The translations under genes and the position numbers were made by a program. A stretch of DNA of 62,395 bases, the filler included, from Collodictyon triciliatum (lineage: Eukaryota), in NCBI GenBank assembly GCA_043381765.1. It is 8 parts of 8 records of this genome, joined end to end, with 100 filler letters (N's around TTAATTAATTAA, not from the genome) between each part and the next. Parts side by side here need not be neighbours in the genome. Positions count along the whole stretch, not along the records: positions 39,197 to 47,491 come from JBHJMP010003487.1; positions 47,592 to 55,883 come from JBHJMP010003488.1; 6 more parts are not named here. One strand, given 5' to 3'. Under the pieces are notes generated by a model that saw only the letters and a program-made list of their open reading frames with translations, was not told the DNA's origin and ran no database searches. Shown here piece after piece: positions 39,097 to 53,661 of this stretch; the first letter of the stretch is position 1, and each line of letters starts with the position of its first letter.

Positions 39097-40577
39097 NNNN
39101 NNNNNNNNNNNNNNNNNNNNNNNNNNNNNNNNNNNNNNNNTTAATTAATTAANNNNNNNNNNNNNNNNNNNNNNNNNNNNNNNNNNNNNNNNNNNNATTC
39201 AGGGCGGCGTTGGTGGGGTTGGCATCTTGTGTGCGGAATGCGGTGGAGCCGATGAATACCAACCTTAAAAAAAAAAAAAAAAAAGGAACCTGATCGGATG
39301 CCGCCTTTCTAGAAGACTGTCTGCCAGCTACAGAACCTTTCATAAAGGGTGGCTCTTGGCCCAAACTCTGATCGCGAAGCAACCGAAAAGACTCACGTTG
39401 GTGCTCTTCGCCGCAGGACTCACCCGACGATCAAACGGCTCCTTTCAGACACTATGGTATGTGCCAAAGCACTGTTGGACTTGCTTGCGGAATCTTTCCG
39501 GGCCTGTGTCGTCTCGGCTTCCTGCGCCGGTGCCGAAAACATGGAAAACTCCTTCATTTGCTGGACTTATTAAATGGTTTGCATGCATAGACTGTCATTA
39601 TTTCCTTTGGGAAACAGGCATGGTGAATGCTTACAGGTATGCATCAATACATCCATGCATTCTTTGTTGCAAAAAATGGGCTTGTCCTTGTTAAATTGTG
39701 GTATCTTAAGCATCCAGGTCTCCTTCTTACTGCAATTTTATCTTGGAATCTTTTCTCAACACTTCAAAAGTTTAAGTAAATTTATGTTTTGATAATTTTT
39801 TTTAATAGTTTACCGTATTGTTAACACATTATTTATCTATTCAAGAAGATGGCTAGAAGGGAAAGATTTTATGCACTAATCACAAACTCTTATAGAAATA
39901 CACTTTTAGCACATTAAAGCTTTATTATGCTAATTCGCCTTCTCTAGACTCTATAATTATACACATATTTTTGTTTCTTTAATTGTTGATTGTTTATTTC
40001 GCTTTATCCAATTTTTATCAATATCATATTTTACATTATTTATGTATTATCAACAATATTTTTTGTTAGTTTTTTTTTTGTAAAAACAAAAACATTATCA
40101 TATGAAACTTGATATCATTTTCGTGTGTGAATGTGGCATCATGTTTACAACCTACCTCACCAAGCACCCACACATTATTTTTCTCTCCTTATGGTTGACA
40201 CATGAAAAAAATTATTTTGTTAATTAGGTTCCGTTTTTAAATCTTAAAAATTGCAAGAAGATTTTAGATTTTTTTTTTTAATGTTAGTACATATCTTTAA
40301 AAAGTTGATTGAGAGATAAAATAGAGTGATGACACCCATTCAATTTCACGTTAAATTGAGTCTTTCCATGTTTAAAACTACTACAAATCGAACTTTAAGT
40401 GTTTTCACAAAGAATGAAATACGCAGACGAGTAAATCCGAAACCGAGAAGAATATGGCTTTTTTTTTATTCTTCCTTTCAGTTTTGTGCAGGATGGTGGA
40501 GCGAGAAGAATATGGCATATATATCTTTTCATTTCACATATTATGAATAATCAAAGTATTGTCATAGAATCACGCAA

Positions 40578-42466
40578 ATGGAAAACGAAAGTTCGACTTG
40601 GCTGAATGATTTAGACAGATTAGTTCGTCGCACACGCACCGAGATGTCCTTGAATCTTTTCGAGCTGACTTGTCTTCGACTTCATGGACGAGCACTTAAC
40701 TCAATACCTCTTGATATCTCGCTCCTAACAAATCTGCAGATATTGTATCTGCACGGCAACCAGATAAGCGCAATACCTGAACAACTATCGCAGCTTACAA
40801 ACGTATCTGAGATGTATCTACAGTTAAACTATCTAACAAATCTGAATCCTGGTATATCTTCGTTGGTCAATTTAAATGTACTTCACCTCTCAGAGAACAG
40901 ACTGACTCAATTGACGCCTGCTGTTTCCACTCTTACCAATTTGTATTTTCTTTCATTACGGCAAAACGAACTGACTGAGATTCCCGTAGAAATATCCACC
41001 CTTTCAGCTATGAATGTGCTCAACTTGGATGACAATCAAATTCTCTCCTTGCCCAGAGAAATATCATGTTTGACTAATCTAATACTCCTCGACATCAGTT
41101 TCAATCAAATAAGTTCTCTGCCAAACGAAGTATCCACTCTGGAAAACTTGTCTAAATTTTCCATCCAAGGAAACCCTGTTTGTCACTAATCTTATCGTCT
41201 GTTTGTAAAAAATAAAAAAAAAATTAGCCTAACTCTACGGCAATATGTATTCATCACAATATTCCTGCTTGCTGCAATTTTTCTGATTCAAGCCACCCTT
41301 TCTCTCCTTTCCTTTCAGATTTACACATTACCGGAGGGTATTTCATGCCTGGTGTCCCTATTGGAGCTCAAAATCGAGTCTCAAGGGTTGTGCTCGATAC
41401 AGAATGCACCGTGTGGTATATCCAACATACCGAGCTTTTCCAATGAATCAACGGACCAAAATATGGACGATATGGTAATGACATATGCCCAGAGACTAAA
41501 GTCGCTTAGTTCATTCGATAAGGTATATGCGCATCGGTCGTTGGTAGATATTTCTGTGTATTCGCATGAATGGGCAGACTTGCAATCTTTGGACTTATCA
41601 TGGAATGAGGTAACCAGCTGTCAAACCCTGCTTCTGTAGCATCCCTAGTTTCTATCACATATTTTGGCTGCAATGGATATGCATAAGCACATTTTTTCCC
41701 TTTATTCGATCCAAAGTAACACATAAGCACCTTGATTTAGTTTATCTTTTACATCCATCTTACTTCTTTTTTATCCTTCTTAGATAACAGATTTGCCTCT
41801 GTCATTTTCACTGATAACACATCTAAAGAAACTTGACTTGAAGAAAAATAAGGTTTTTTCTAATCGTTTTTAAAACCCAATTACCCAAAACCAAAATCGG
41901 CTAGGAATAGCCACCTATGAAATAACACATATGAAGCTGTAATTAAAGAAAATTCAACACCCAGCTGTGTGGAATTCCTAGGGTGATATTCAACATGGTC
42001 CATATGACATACTTAAACCTCTCAGAAAATAGCGTTTGTTTTCATTCAGACATATCTATTACATTTTTGCAAGTAATAGTGTAATGGTTGGAGCCATTAG
42101 AGAGGAACTAAAATTGTAATATGCATCAGATCTGTGTGATTCCTAACGAAATCTCCAACTTATGCAACCTGGAGCACCTCCTTATCAGCTCATCTATGGT
42201 TGCTATTGAGTCCAACTGGACATGACATTGCGTTTCAATCTTTAAACAAACTCACACTCATTTATTTTTCCATAGATTTGGGAGATTCCTCGCTGCATTT
42301 TTTTGATGGCATCAATCGAACTGCTTGATATCTCAGGCAATAAGGTCTTGTTCGAAATGATATTTCCGTATGACATCCATTCACATTTGCATCCAGCACG
42401 AGACTGCCCACCTTAAAGATGATTGGTTCCTATGATTCAATGCAGATTACTTCCCTGCGTGACTGA
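40578..42466 (+). CDS. LRR-only protein, third member of the same family
   Basis: Long LRR exon to about 41177, insert exon 41320-41609 (LLELKIESQGLCSIQNAPCGISNIPSFSN), four ~69-bp LRR exons and terminal exon ITSLRD*. The start may lie further upstream. Confidence 0.85.
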
Positions 42467-43062
42467 GTCCGTTCGAAGCTTCATCTCTTTGGATGTGAAT
42501 AGATTGTTCCGCAGCTTAGAATATTTTCCAAAATATCCGAAAACCCAGGGGAGCAAGACACAAAAAAAGTAGAGCTGATGAACTACTAAAAGAAAATAAA
42601 TAATAAAGTGATTTAGCGACGGAATTTTCTTATCCTTACATCGGCTTCGTACATGAAAATAGGAAACTATTGTTTTATTTCAAATAGTAAAATTCGGACT
42701 TTTGCAAAGTGACTAATTCAAAGACAACTATGTCTCACTTTTCTTCAGTCAGATTCATACAAAGGAGTTGGGCAGTTGAAAACATGTAACCGGAGAAAAA
42801 CAGATTATAATCAAAAAAAAAAAAAGAGAAAAGAGAGGAGAATTTTTTCAGTTTGAAAAAATGTGTGAATATGTGCTTCTTATTTTCTATTTAATTAGTT
42901 TTATCAAATCAAAAAAAGGAAAGGAACTACAATCAACTCGATTCTAAAGAAGAAACATTCTTGCTATACAAACAATTAATAGCAAGATTCTAGCATAACA
43001 TGCAATTTCCCCTAAAAAAAAAAAAGTGAGAACCGAAGGTCTGCTCTATATGGATTGTACAA

Positions 43063-45736
43063 TCAGGTATCGAGGGTGTGATGCTGCGCCAGTGCTTTTT
43101 CTACATTTGCATTGCGCGGCAAGTTTGATTTACGACGAACAAGCCCGCGACCGTCCGAATGAGAAACCTTTGGCTGGATGGAATGAATGGGTGATTTAGT
43201 AAATAATCAATCAATCGGTCTTGGATTATTGGTATGCAAAACAGAATATGGATACTTGGGGTATCTCTCGGAGGGTGTCTTCTTCTTCATCATCGAACGA
43301 GCTATTGCTGAATTCCATGACTGGGTCCATCGATACTGCAGAATGCAAATTATTGACAGAGAATCGCAGATGTTACAAGTATGGGATGGCAGTGGTCAGA
43401 TTATATTCTTTGAGATAACTATAACATAATGGAAAGAAGTAGAGGAATAAGGAAATTGTGTGCTCGCGTTAAGATGAGTGTAGTACTGAGTTGTTCAAGT
43501 TCTTTGTCCAAGTCTTTCTGTAAAGCCTGTTGTTGAGCCTCGCGCAGAGCAGAAGCATTTGAGGCTGCAATCGATTCCAGTTGTTGCCAGCGTTTTTTCC
43601 TCACACCATCGGCCGCACGAGCCCTTCAAGGGTTGAAAAGAAGATAAGACGGGAATGAGAGGATTGTGCAAAACCATTTCAAAGCCAGTTGCGAAAATAA
43701 TTGAGAATTCGAATATCTGCTGCCTCAAACGAGCTGTAAACATAAAAGAAAACATGAAAAAAAATATATGTTAGATGAATAAACAAGCACTTTGTGTGAT
43801 CTGCTTTGAAGGAAGAAGAACATTCGTCGAAAAACTTTGCATCCGTATCATTAAACATTTTGAGGACATTGTAAGTCAGGTTGTGTATATTTCTAGCAGG
43901 AAGATTTAATCATTATTAATCTTCAATGAAAAGAATACATGAAAAGAGAACAAAAGAAATAAGAAGACAAAATAAAATGTACGCGTTCCAATGGGACTTT
44001 GAATTCTTGTACAATGAGCCGAATATGATTGGAAGGATTGTCTTCCGGTGTTCATCTATGAGTCCTGATATGTATTCGTTATTCCAAAGGAACAACGCTT
44101 TCTCTGCCACCTTAATTTTGTGCAAATAATTAATTTTTTTATAAAAAAAAGAAAGGGATACGTATTACGCAAACACTCGGGCAATATTGTCTACCATTCC
44201 CTGTCAGAGAATTATGAGTACCTGGAAGTTTTGGGATGAGATACATTTGGATATCTGACGGAACAGAGGCGCAGCAAACTTGGAAAACTCTTTCGACTCG
44301 GTTATTTCTAAATACTAGGATGAAAGAGACAAATAAAGTACATTTAATATTGCTGCTGGTGTATATGAAGCAATCATAATGAAAATAATAACTTAAATTA
44401 TCATATTGTTTGGCAGATAACCAGCAGAGTTAAAAAAAGAAGGTAAATGTTAATATATGTGTGTATATGTATTATGTAGATGTGGGGTTTGTTACCTCCT
44501 CAAGTTCAGACAGGAATAACAACTCCTTGTGAGTATTTGTCATAGGCCAAAATTTCAATAAACCTTGAATTACCTATAAAAAAAATAATAATTCACAAAA
44601 CCGTTTTTGATGATGACCATTACATAAAGAACAGAAGAGTTTGCAAAAAAAATAATAAATGAAACGGAGGAATACGATGTGTTCTAGTTAATATATTGTA
44701 TGAAATTGAAAGTAGTATAGTTGATGCTGTTGCTGTCAATAATTCCATATTTTATTTTTGGTAAATGTTAACAAATAAAAATGTCAAGGCAAACCATTTC
44801 CGATAATTTGCAATCCTTCTCGAGAAATTGCGATATACAGTAAGTCAGCTGCTGGAAATAAGCTGCAAAAGACCGTGGCTTGTGAAGAGGCATCAGAGCC
44901 TTGGAAAGAAATTGTTTGTGCTCCTCTTTCAATGGCAAAGCGAATCCATTTATAATACTGCGAGGAGAAAGTGTTGTCGTTTGGTGTTAATTGAAAAGAA
45001 ATAGATAAGTTGTGGTGTATACAGTGAATTAAAAATACATAAATAAAATATCATGCTATTGTGTTTGGTTACACCAAGAAAAATAGGGCTTTGACACCAC
45101 TTGCTGGTGCTGTTTGGTGATGATAAAAAAAAAAAAAAGAGTGTAAATACCTTCCAAGAATTTCCAAGAGCTCCGCAATTCCGTTTCGACTATCTTCCTC
45201 GTATATGAATTTGTAAAATACGTTGTTTATGGCTCTTCGGATGAACGCTCTGTGAGACAAAAACTAACGAGAATTTTTTTAATTAGTCTTTAAAAATTGC
45301 TACAACAATCACTAATATCAGTATGTTGGCGAATAAACATGCTATGCTACCTTGCCGTATATTCGGTGCAAAATTGTCTTGAGATAGTCACGTTCTCTGG
45401 GGTCGTCACTTGAAAAAAGGTCTACAAGCTAAGCATTTACAGAATCCCTTAGATTTTAAGGATGAAAAGGTAAAAAAGAGAATAAGCTATATAAACTCGG
45501 ACGATGTCAGGATACCTGGGAAACAAATGAGGTGTCGAAGTATTTCTTTGCCACACTCACATCAGTATGAGGGGACTCAACAACCCTCAGGAGCAGCTCG
45601 TAAATAACCTGTGTTTTGGTGACTTTTTAGTCAGAGTGGCATGCTGTTTTTTGTTTCCTAACTGTTCGAAAAGAAAACATGAAAAAGGATATCATTTTGC
45701 GAATGTCTTACATTTTTGACATAGATGATGACAATG

Positions 45737-45826
<90 letters not shown>

Positions 45827-47215
45827 GAAATAGAAATAGAAATAGAAATAGAAATAGAAATAGAAATAGAAATAGAAATAGAAATAGAAATAGAAATAGA
45901 AATAGAAATAGAAATAGAAATAGAAATAGCTGTATAAAATTGAATTGCCTGAAGATGAGGCCAGCGAGGGTCCAACATCGGTTCTTCTTCATCTGGCTCA
46001 GAACCTTCTGATTCTTTGAATTTCTTTGGCGGTAACCCTCGGAATAAATTTCCGGCAAACTATTTAGAAAATCAAACAGATTAAATTAATTAGAACAAAA
46101 AATATGACTGAAACAATAGCTTTCAAAAGGGGAAAAGAATGAGCAGAAAAAATTAAAATGAGTATGAAGAATAGACTATTGCAAACCATTTTTACCAACA
46201 GCGGATATATCATTTCAGGGAATGGGAGTTTCATTCCATTGACGTAATCGACTAGCTCAACTATATTTTGTCTCTTCAAATCGCAACTGTCAGTATCTTC
46301 AAAGGGATGAACAAAACTAAACAACACAAAGCACTGCCTCAACTTATTCTGCAGTAGTAGTATTCTTTCACCTGCTGGAACATCTGAAAAAAATCCATGT
46401 CGGTAAACATCATACAATAAAGAAAATATAGTGAAATACTATAACAAAAAAAAAAAGAATACAATCAAAGAGAATGCGAAGGATTATGAAACTCCCAAAT
46501 CAGCAAGAAATCCTAAAGATGGCTGAAGAAGCGTACGATATTCCATCCCAAAAACAAAAACTCTTGGCATTAATTAAAATAAGACAGGCATGCAACTGAT
46601 AAAGCTCATACCTCGAAACGCAGGCAACTTATCCAAAATGACAGGCTTTCCATCTTCTCCAACCGCAGAGCTTGTCTTCGGCTCCGGAAGTGCGGGTGCA
46701 TCTGCATGGATTTCTTGCGTCCCGGCTTTCGGAAGTGCCGATGTTGGAGCTGCTTTGCTCGAAAGAAGCCGTGGACTCATCACACGGAACGAACCTTCCA
46801 GAGAACGCGGAGGATTCTGTGTTGTGCTCTGTGGGATATCCTGGTTGCGTTTGAGTCCATGTTTGGAAAAAAAGAAGAAAAAGTCTTTCGGGACATATAA
46901 ATGAAAAGGATGTGTGTGTCTGTGTGAAGGAGAGAGTATAAATGATTATGAAAACAACTTGACCATATAAGTAATAGTCAATCATAGTGAGAAATCAACA
47001 GTTACACACCTTCTTTGCCGACTTCTGTGCTTGCCGTGCTGTTCCCTCCACATAGAGTGGGGCGACAGAGCTCGAGTGTTTGGCCCCCGTTTTTGTTTGC
47101 GTGTTTGTTTCGTTTCCACAAACTGATGGTCACAGTACAAAAACTGGTTAAGTTTAAAAGTCCTCAATCAACGACCGTACTTTTTTTGCTGGTCTCGCAG
47201 CCACCTTTCTTCCAT
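43063..47215 (-). CDS. PPP2R5: Protein phosphatase 2A regulatory subunit B' (B56)
   Basis: [110 protein letters not shown]-terminal RRKSNLP. The start codon is tentative. Confidence 0.96.
45737..45928 (+). repeat. (AAT)n + (AGAAAT)n compound microsatellite within the GC-AG intron of B56
   Basis: Direct inspection. Confidence 0.95.
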
Positions 47216-47606
47216 ATTTCCTCCTTTATTTCTTATCGTTATTCGTTATTCGTTATTCGTTTTTTGTTTTTTGTTTTTTGTGGTTTTTTTTGGTTTTTTT
47301 TTTGGTTTTTTTTTGGTTTTTGTTTGTTTGTTTGTTTGTTTGTGTTTTTTTGTGTTTTTTGTGTTTTTTGTGTTTTTTGTGTTTTTTTGTGTTTGTTTGT
47401 TTGTTTGTTTGTTTGTTTGTTTGTTTGTTTGTTTGTTTGTTTGTTTGTTTGTTTGTTTGTTTGTTTGTTTGTTTTTTTGTTTTGTTTTGTTNNNNNNNNN
47501 NNNNNNNNNNNNNNNNNNNNNNNNNNNNNNNNNNNTTAATTAATTAANNNNNNNNNNNNNNNNNNNNNNNNNNNNNNNNNNNNNNNNNNNNTTTTTTTTG
47601 TCTAGG

Positions 47607-48221
47607 AGGAGGATATTTGGGTTACACGGTTAAAGGGCCACACGTTTATGTGCGCAGGAGAGTCCCCTTGAAGAGTCTCTTCAAATCCGCTATGAGGAGA
47701 CCAGCGAGCAAGAGACCAAGGAAAAGCCAAAGATTCCGTTTTACGGGCCGTACACTCGTCAGTTAGAAGTGGGCAAGACTTATCTCTGGTGCAGTTGCGG
47801 ACACAGCAAGAACCAGCCGTGGTGTGATGGTGCCCACCAGTACGAGGCTATGTATTCATATGTGCCATATGTACCAATCGTATCAGTAAAACCACACCAT
47901 TTTTTGTTGGATTTTGGCGTGGAATATGAGAAAAAAAAAAGAATATATACAAAACTAGACTGAGATTTACGACCTAATTGAAACAACTTGGCTTTTTCCT
48001 GTCACTAAACACTCGACTTTATATCCATCATACTTTTCGTATCTGTAGTTAATTCCTTCCATTTTTTTTAAAAAAATATATATAGAGGAACTTCTTTTAA
48101 GCCCATACGCTTCACTGTGGAGAAGCAACAATCTCGGCACTTATTGTGCGGATGCAAGTATACCCGAAGCCCCCCGTTCTGCGATGGAGTTCACTCTGCC
48201 CTTCCTTATGGAGGGTGGTAG
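47607..48221 (+). CDS. CISD3: Two-CDGSH iron-sulfur protein (CISD3/MiNT-like), 5' truncated
   Basis: GPYTRQLEVGKTYLWCSCGHSKNQPWCDGAHQ|GTSFKPIRFTVEKQQSRHLLCGCKYTRSPPFCDGVH. Confidence 0.92.
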
Positions 48222-49064
48222 ATACACGAGTCAGAATGAAAACACAAAATACCCACTCAATCATTTATTTATATATTGATTTTAAAAAAAAGCAATCAAG
48301 ATGATGCGATAAGCTTGGTTTAAATGCCAAGTGTGCACCTCTCTGCGTGACATATCGAAAAAGGGAACATTTAGTATGGTTGACATTCTTTCGACGATGA
48401 ACCAAGCCTGGGTATTGATGGAAGTTTATCTTTATAGAAGCTATACAGTCCTAGTGAAAAAGTGAAGCCTTTGTTAATTTTCAAGTTTATTTTCTTTTAC
48501 CTTTTTTTTGAATCCATTTGAATATAACTGACTTGATTTTTTTTTTTTTGATATTACACATATATAAGACCTTTCATTTTCAAGATATCTTTATTATGCA
48601 TTATTTTATTCATATCTGGTATATTTTCATATCTATATCTAAGCCAAAAGACTTTCCAGTGGGAAAAAAACCATTATCGAACGTTATATGACCTCTAGCC
48701 TCTCCCCCTTTCATTTTGTGAGACCGACTCAGATGACTGGCGCTTGTATTCCGTTGCGTGCGTATCACCACTCAAATACAAAGTAAGAGTGGCTTTGCAC
48801 CCTTAAACTCAAGTTTCTTTATATATTCCACAATTGACAAGACTGTAGTCATACCTTTTTCTACGAAGGTAATCGAAGGCCGGTGACCCGATCGACAGCA
48901 AAGAAAGAAGGTTTGGGTTGGCAATCGTGTCAAAAGAAAAAGAGTTTCGCATCTTAGTTTCAAACAGCCCTGTGACTCTGTAAAGAAGGCCTGCCCGGCT
49001 GTAACTTCGTTTTCCTTAACAAAGCAATTAAACAAACCAAAACTATTTTCCCTCAAATGGAAGA

Positions 49065-50766
49065 ATGTCCGCGGCTGCGCAGAATAGATTGGCTGCCATT
49101 CCGTCCCAAAGCCCACGTCCAAACACGAACATCCCAGGCTTGTTTTTCTTTTCTTTTCTTTTCTTCTCTTCATTTTTTTTTTTTTTTACAATCACAGAGC
49201 GATTTGGTATTATTAGCGTGGGCCACGTTTTCAATATTCGCAGAGAAGCTCTGAACAATCCGTTAGCATGTCATGCTGCTTATTATTCTAGTCATCCTTA
49301 TTTTGCTTTTATTATCTCTATTTTTTTTGTTGTTGTTATTATTATGACTTTTATTTATATCTCTATATTTTTTGTTTTTGTTTTTGTTATTCTTATGATA
49401 ATTACTTTTATTTGTATTTCTGTTATTGGTATCTCCTTTAAATTAAATATCTGCATCATTTGCTGCAAAGTTAGATCATAAACTCTAGAGAATCTTCAAC
49501 AGTGATACCGCAATAACTACGTTATCTCGATAGATAATATATGCTCCATAGTTTTGATATCGTTCTATTTCATACGTAGTCACGGGTGATGTTGGGATGG
49601 TGAAGAATTTGAAAAAAGGATATTTGTTTAAGCTTGGAGAACACCATAAATCATGGAAGATGAGGTACCTGTACTGGAGCTAAAACCATCCCTGACTTAA
49701 TAGTCTTCCGTACTGACATACCTTTCCCTTTCCTTCTTATTTTCTTCACAAAAACAACGATTCTTTCTATAAAGAGGATCTTATTCACCTCGGATGTCTG
49801 ATACTTTTCTCCATACTTTGCAGATTCTTTGTGTTGGAGGGTGACAAACTGCATTACTATAAGACAGCCGAAAACTCAAAACCCATCTCGTTCATACATC
49901 TACAGGAAGCCATTGTGAGGGTACGTTAAACTAGAATTAATGAGTGAATATAGGGATCTGATTAGCACATATACCGAAGAAAATTATCGAGATTGTGCTT
50001 TGGACATTGTATATATCGTATTTGATAGTTCTCAAATATTTGCAATATATTCTTTCCGATATTACATTGATTTCTTCTTAACAGGTCTCATATGCCACAG
50101 ACAAAGAGTTTACCTTTGAAGTAATTACCACCAATCGCCTCTATTTCTTATCGGCGTCGTCATATGAAGTGAGTTCCATATGTAGTACGACATAAACAAT
50201 ACATCCTATCTAAGTGTTGCTCTGCTTTTAAAGTTTTAGAATACCTCTCTCCTCTTTCTTCTTTTTCTCTTTTGATGGCGATATCAGTGTTTTTTCCCCT
50301 CTTTTTCTCTTTTATGTTTTGTAATCACGCAATAATTTTTAATCTTTCGGGGATAAAATAGGAAATGTATGAATGGATTCAATGCTTGGCACGGAAAACG
50401 ACACATCACAGAGAAAATGAAAAGTTTTCAGAAGCCAACGAGATGATTCAAAATTATACATACAAAGAAGCACAGAGTTTGTACACAGAACATCTCAAAG
50501 AGTACGAAAAGCACGCGCCGATGATTCGAGAACAGTATTTAATATTCATATATTTTTTTTTGTCAAAATTGTGAGAAGTGCGTATTAAAAATGAAAGAAA
50601 ATAAGTTTAAATAGGAATTTATTTATTTTAAGTATCATTATTATCGACATTTTAGAAAATAACATCTCTTCTTAAATTTTAAGAAACACAATTCATTTAC
50701 AGATTATACTTGGCTATGCTGGGCGATAGCGAAGAGGCAGAACAACCAGATAGCGAAGACGATTAG
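49065..50766 (+). CDS. Small PH-domain protein
   Basis: KKGYLFKLGEHHKSWKMRFFVLEGDKLHYYKTAENSKPISFIHL..FTFEVITTNRLYFLSASSYEEMYEWIQCL, with a basic KxGxxxKxWKxR beta1-beta2 motif. The 5' exon is tentative. Confidence 0.88.
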
Positions 50767-51272
50767 AGTTCTAACAAAAAAAAAAAAATGGACGAAAGAG
50801 AGAGGGAGAAAGAGTAGAACAAAAGAAATGGTTTCGAAACAAATTCGTCAGGTGCGCCTTAGGAGAGATGAAAAATACCAAGACACCCCAGAAATAAAGA
50901 GACATCACTAATTATTCAATGGCGTTCTATTATTCCTGGGTAGATATATGGACATAAAGTAAGGAAAATGCAAAAGGTCGCCTGCATTAGCACTTTCAAA
51001 GAAGAAAGAGGAGAGTTCTCGGGGCATATTTTTTCTTAACGATATTCGATGATTTATGTTACAATCACTATTTGTGATACGCGGAGTTTCTTTCGAAAAT
51101 CAAAGAAAAATAAATGAAATCACACAGAGAAGTAGAGAGAAAGGAAGGAAAGAGAAGGAATGGAGAGGAAAATAAAAGGGGACATAACTTTGGACCGATA
51201 TCAAAATTATATGATGTGAATTGATGTTCATGGATTAATGTAGAGCCACCTCTATGTTATCAGTATTCTTCC

Positions 51273-53628
51273 TCACATGCCGTTATCATTATGCGGGGAA
51301 GCAGAATCAACCCGCATCGTTTCGAGCGCTTCGTCCTCAAACTCTGGCCTCATCAATCCATGTTGTTGTTGCCAACGTTGCAACGAATTGCAGAAGCTCT
51401 TTTTCTGTGTGATGAATCCCTCAATAAGAACTACACATCTGAACACAGTAGATAGAATATCATAATATCTAGCAACACGCACTATCAACCTTCTCGCATA
51501 AGTAAACAAAGACAAGCTGCCAGCGAGAATTCATATCGATTGATGAGGAAACCCCAGAACAAGATGAATGAAACCTGGCATTCCGATTACAGACCTTTAC
51601 AAGACCCAAGCGAAAGTTATGTTGCAGGGGTAGCTGGTTTGTTTTCATCGAGTGAATCATTTCGTCACTATTACACACATATTCCTGCAGCAGCAGAGAT
51701 CTTCCTGTGCTTCCACCAGAGCTTGGTCGTGACCCTGAATATATCGCCCACACATAATACGATAAAAAAAATGAACTTTCATATCGATAAAAAACTGTAC
51801 ATGTTCTGAGATGATGATGATGATGATAATGATGATAATGATGATAATGATGATAATGATGATAATAATAATGATAATGATATTGATAATAATGACAATA
51901 ATAATGACAATAATAATGACAATAATAATGACAATAATAATGACAATAATAATGACAATAATAATGACAATAATAATGACAATAATAATGACAATAATAA
52001 TGACAATAATAATGATNNNNNNNNNNNNNNNNNNNNNNNNNNNNNNNNNNNNNNNNNNNNNNNNNNNNNNNNNNNNNNNNNNNNNNNNNNNNNNNNNNNN
52101 NNNNNNNNNNNNNNNNNAATAATGATAATAATAATGATAATAATAATGATAATAATAATGATAATAATAATGATAATAATAATGATAATAATAATGATAA
52201 TAATAATGATAATAATTATAATAAACGCTAAAAGAATAAAATGGAGGGAGTGAGAGAGGTGTATGGTCACCCATAATGGAAAGCAGACCCGAATAGACGG
52301 ACGAATCGGACGACTGGAGGGGCGACGATAGACATGACCGACTGAGGCTCGGATTCATAGAAGGAGACGACACTCTTCTACGCGGAGTCGATGCCCTGTG
52401 AGCAAAAAGTGGTGGTTTTTCTGCTGATTGTGGTTCATATGCACAGCTTTTGGATTCGTCGTCTGATTCCAAGGGAGCGTTCGACTCTGGGCGAGTTTGA
52501 GTTTCTTCCTTCGCTGATGGTCTCGACGCCTTTCGGGTCTTTGGCGATGCAGCTGTTGCGGGCGCGTTAAAGACAGAGGGACTTGCGAGAGAGGAAGGCT
52601 GTTGTTTCGGAGGTTTTGGCCTCATAATTGGCTTCGAGACCTGCTTGGTTGGTGGCGTTTGCTTTTGGCAGGGATTACTGTCGCCCGTCTCGTGGAGGTG
52701 TTCAAGCGTGACAGGATCAATTACTTTGACGGCAGAAAAGTCGAGAACGAAAGCTGCGTCGTCTGAGTTGTCACTGNNNNNNNNNNNNNNNNNNNNNNNN
52801 NNNNNNNNNNNNNNNNNNNNNNNNNNNNNNNNNNNNNNNNNNNNNNNNNNNNNNNNNNNNNNNNNNNNNNNNNNNNNNNNNNNNNNNNNNNNNNNNNNNN
52901 NNNNNNNNNNNNNNNNNNNNNNNNNNNNNNNNNNNNNNNNNNNNNNNNNNNNNNNNNNNNNNNNNNNNNNNNNNNNNNNNNNNNNNNNNNNNNNNNNNNN
53001 NNNNNNNNNNNNNNNNNNNNNNNNNNNNNNNNNNNNNNNNNNNNNNNNNNNNNNNNNNNNNNNNNNNNNNNNNNNNNNNNNNNNNNNNNNNNNNNNNNNN
53101 NNNNNNNNNNNNNNNNNNNNNNNNNNNNNNNNNNNNNNNNNNNNNNNNNNNNNNNNNNNNNNNNNNNNNNNNAATAAAATAATAACAATAATAAAATAAT
53201 AATAATTATAGAGATGTATTAATTGAATATTTAGGTTTCGAATAAGAATATAAAATGAGGCAATATTCAAAAGCTAGGGTTGTTATGAATTAAAACCTAT
53301 TGCACACCCAATCAGCTTCATAGACGTCGCTAGAGAATGTCAATTGGATTTAGCCAGGAACTTTAAACTTGACGAAAATAAACTAGGAGAGAAGAAATCA
53401 CAATTATTAACACCAAAATGATTTACCAGCAAGGGCTTTTGTCCAGCTTTCCACGTCATCATTGGCTTTTTCCGGGACTGTAATGGCAATTGACCTATTC
53501 GTGATTTTTGAGATATTGTTCGTGCTAGATGAAATATTAATTTTTTCTATAATTCTTTCGAGACTTACATGCTTCTCCCAACACGAGTGACATCCATGGA
53601 TGCGCTCTACCATAACATATGCAAATCA

Positions 53629-53661
<33 letters not shown>

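Noticed and set aside
39197-39570. GC-rich fragment at a contig start as a mobile element
   Set aside because: It has minus-strand splice signals and is more likely the 5' end of a truncated gene. No transposon motifs, and the frame is unresolved.
37838-42466. Physical tandem cluster or single gene joining LRR genes 2 and 3
   Set aside because: They are separated by an artificial spacer (39097-39196) and lie on different contigs.
51657-53270. 537-aa ORF and other poly-I/poly-N/poly-Y/poly-F ORFs in the ORF track
   Set aside because: They read through N gaps and microsatellites. Only the 52270-52776 part looks like a real exon.
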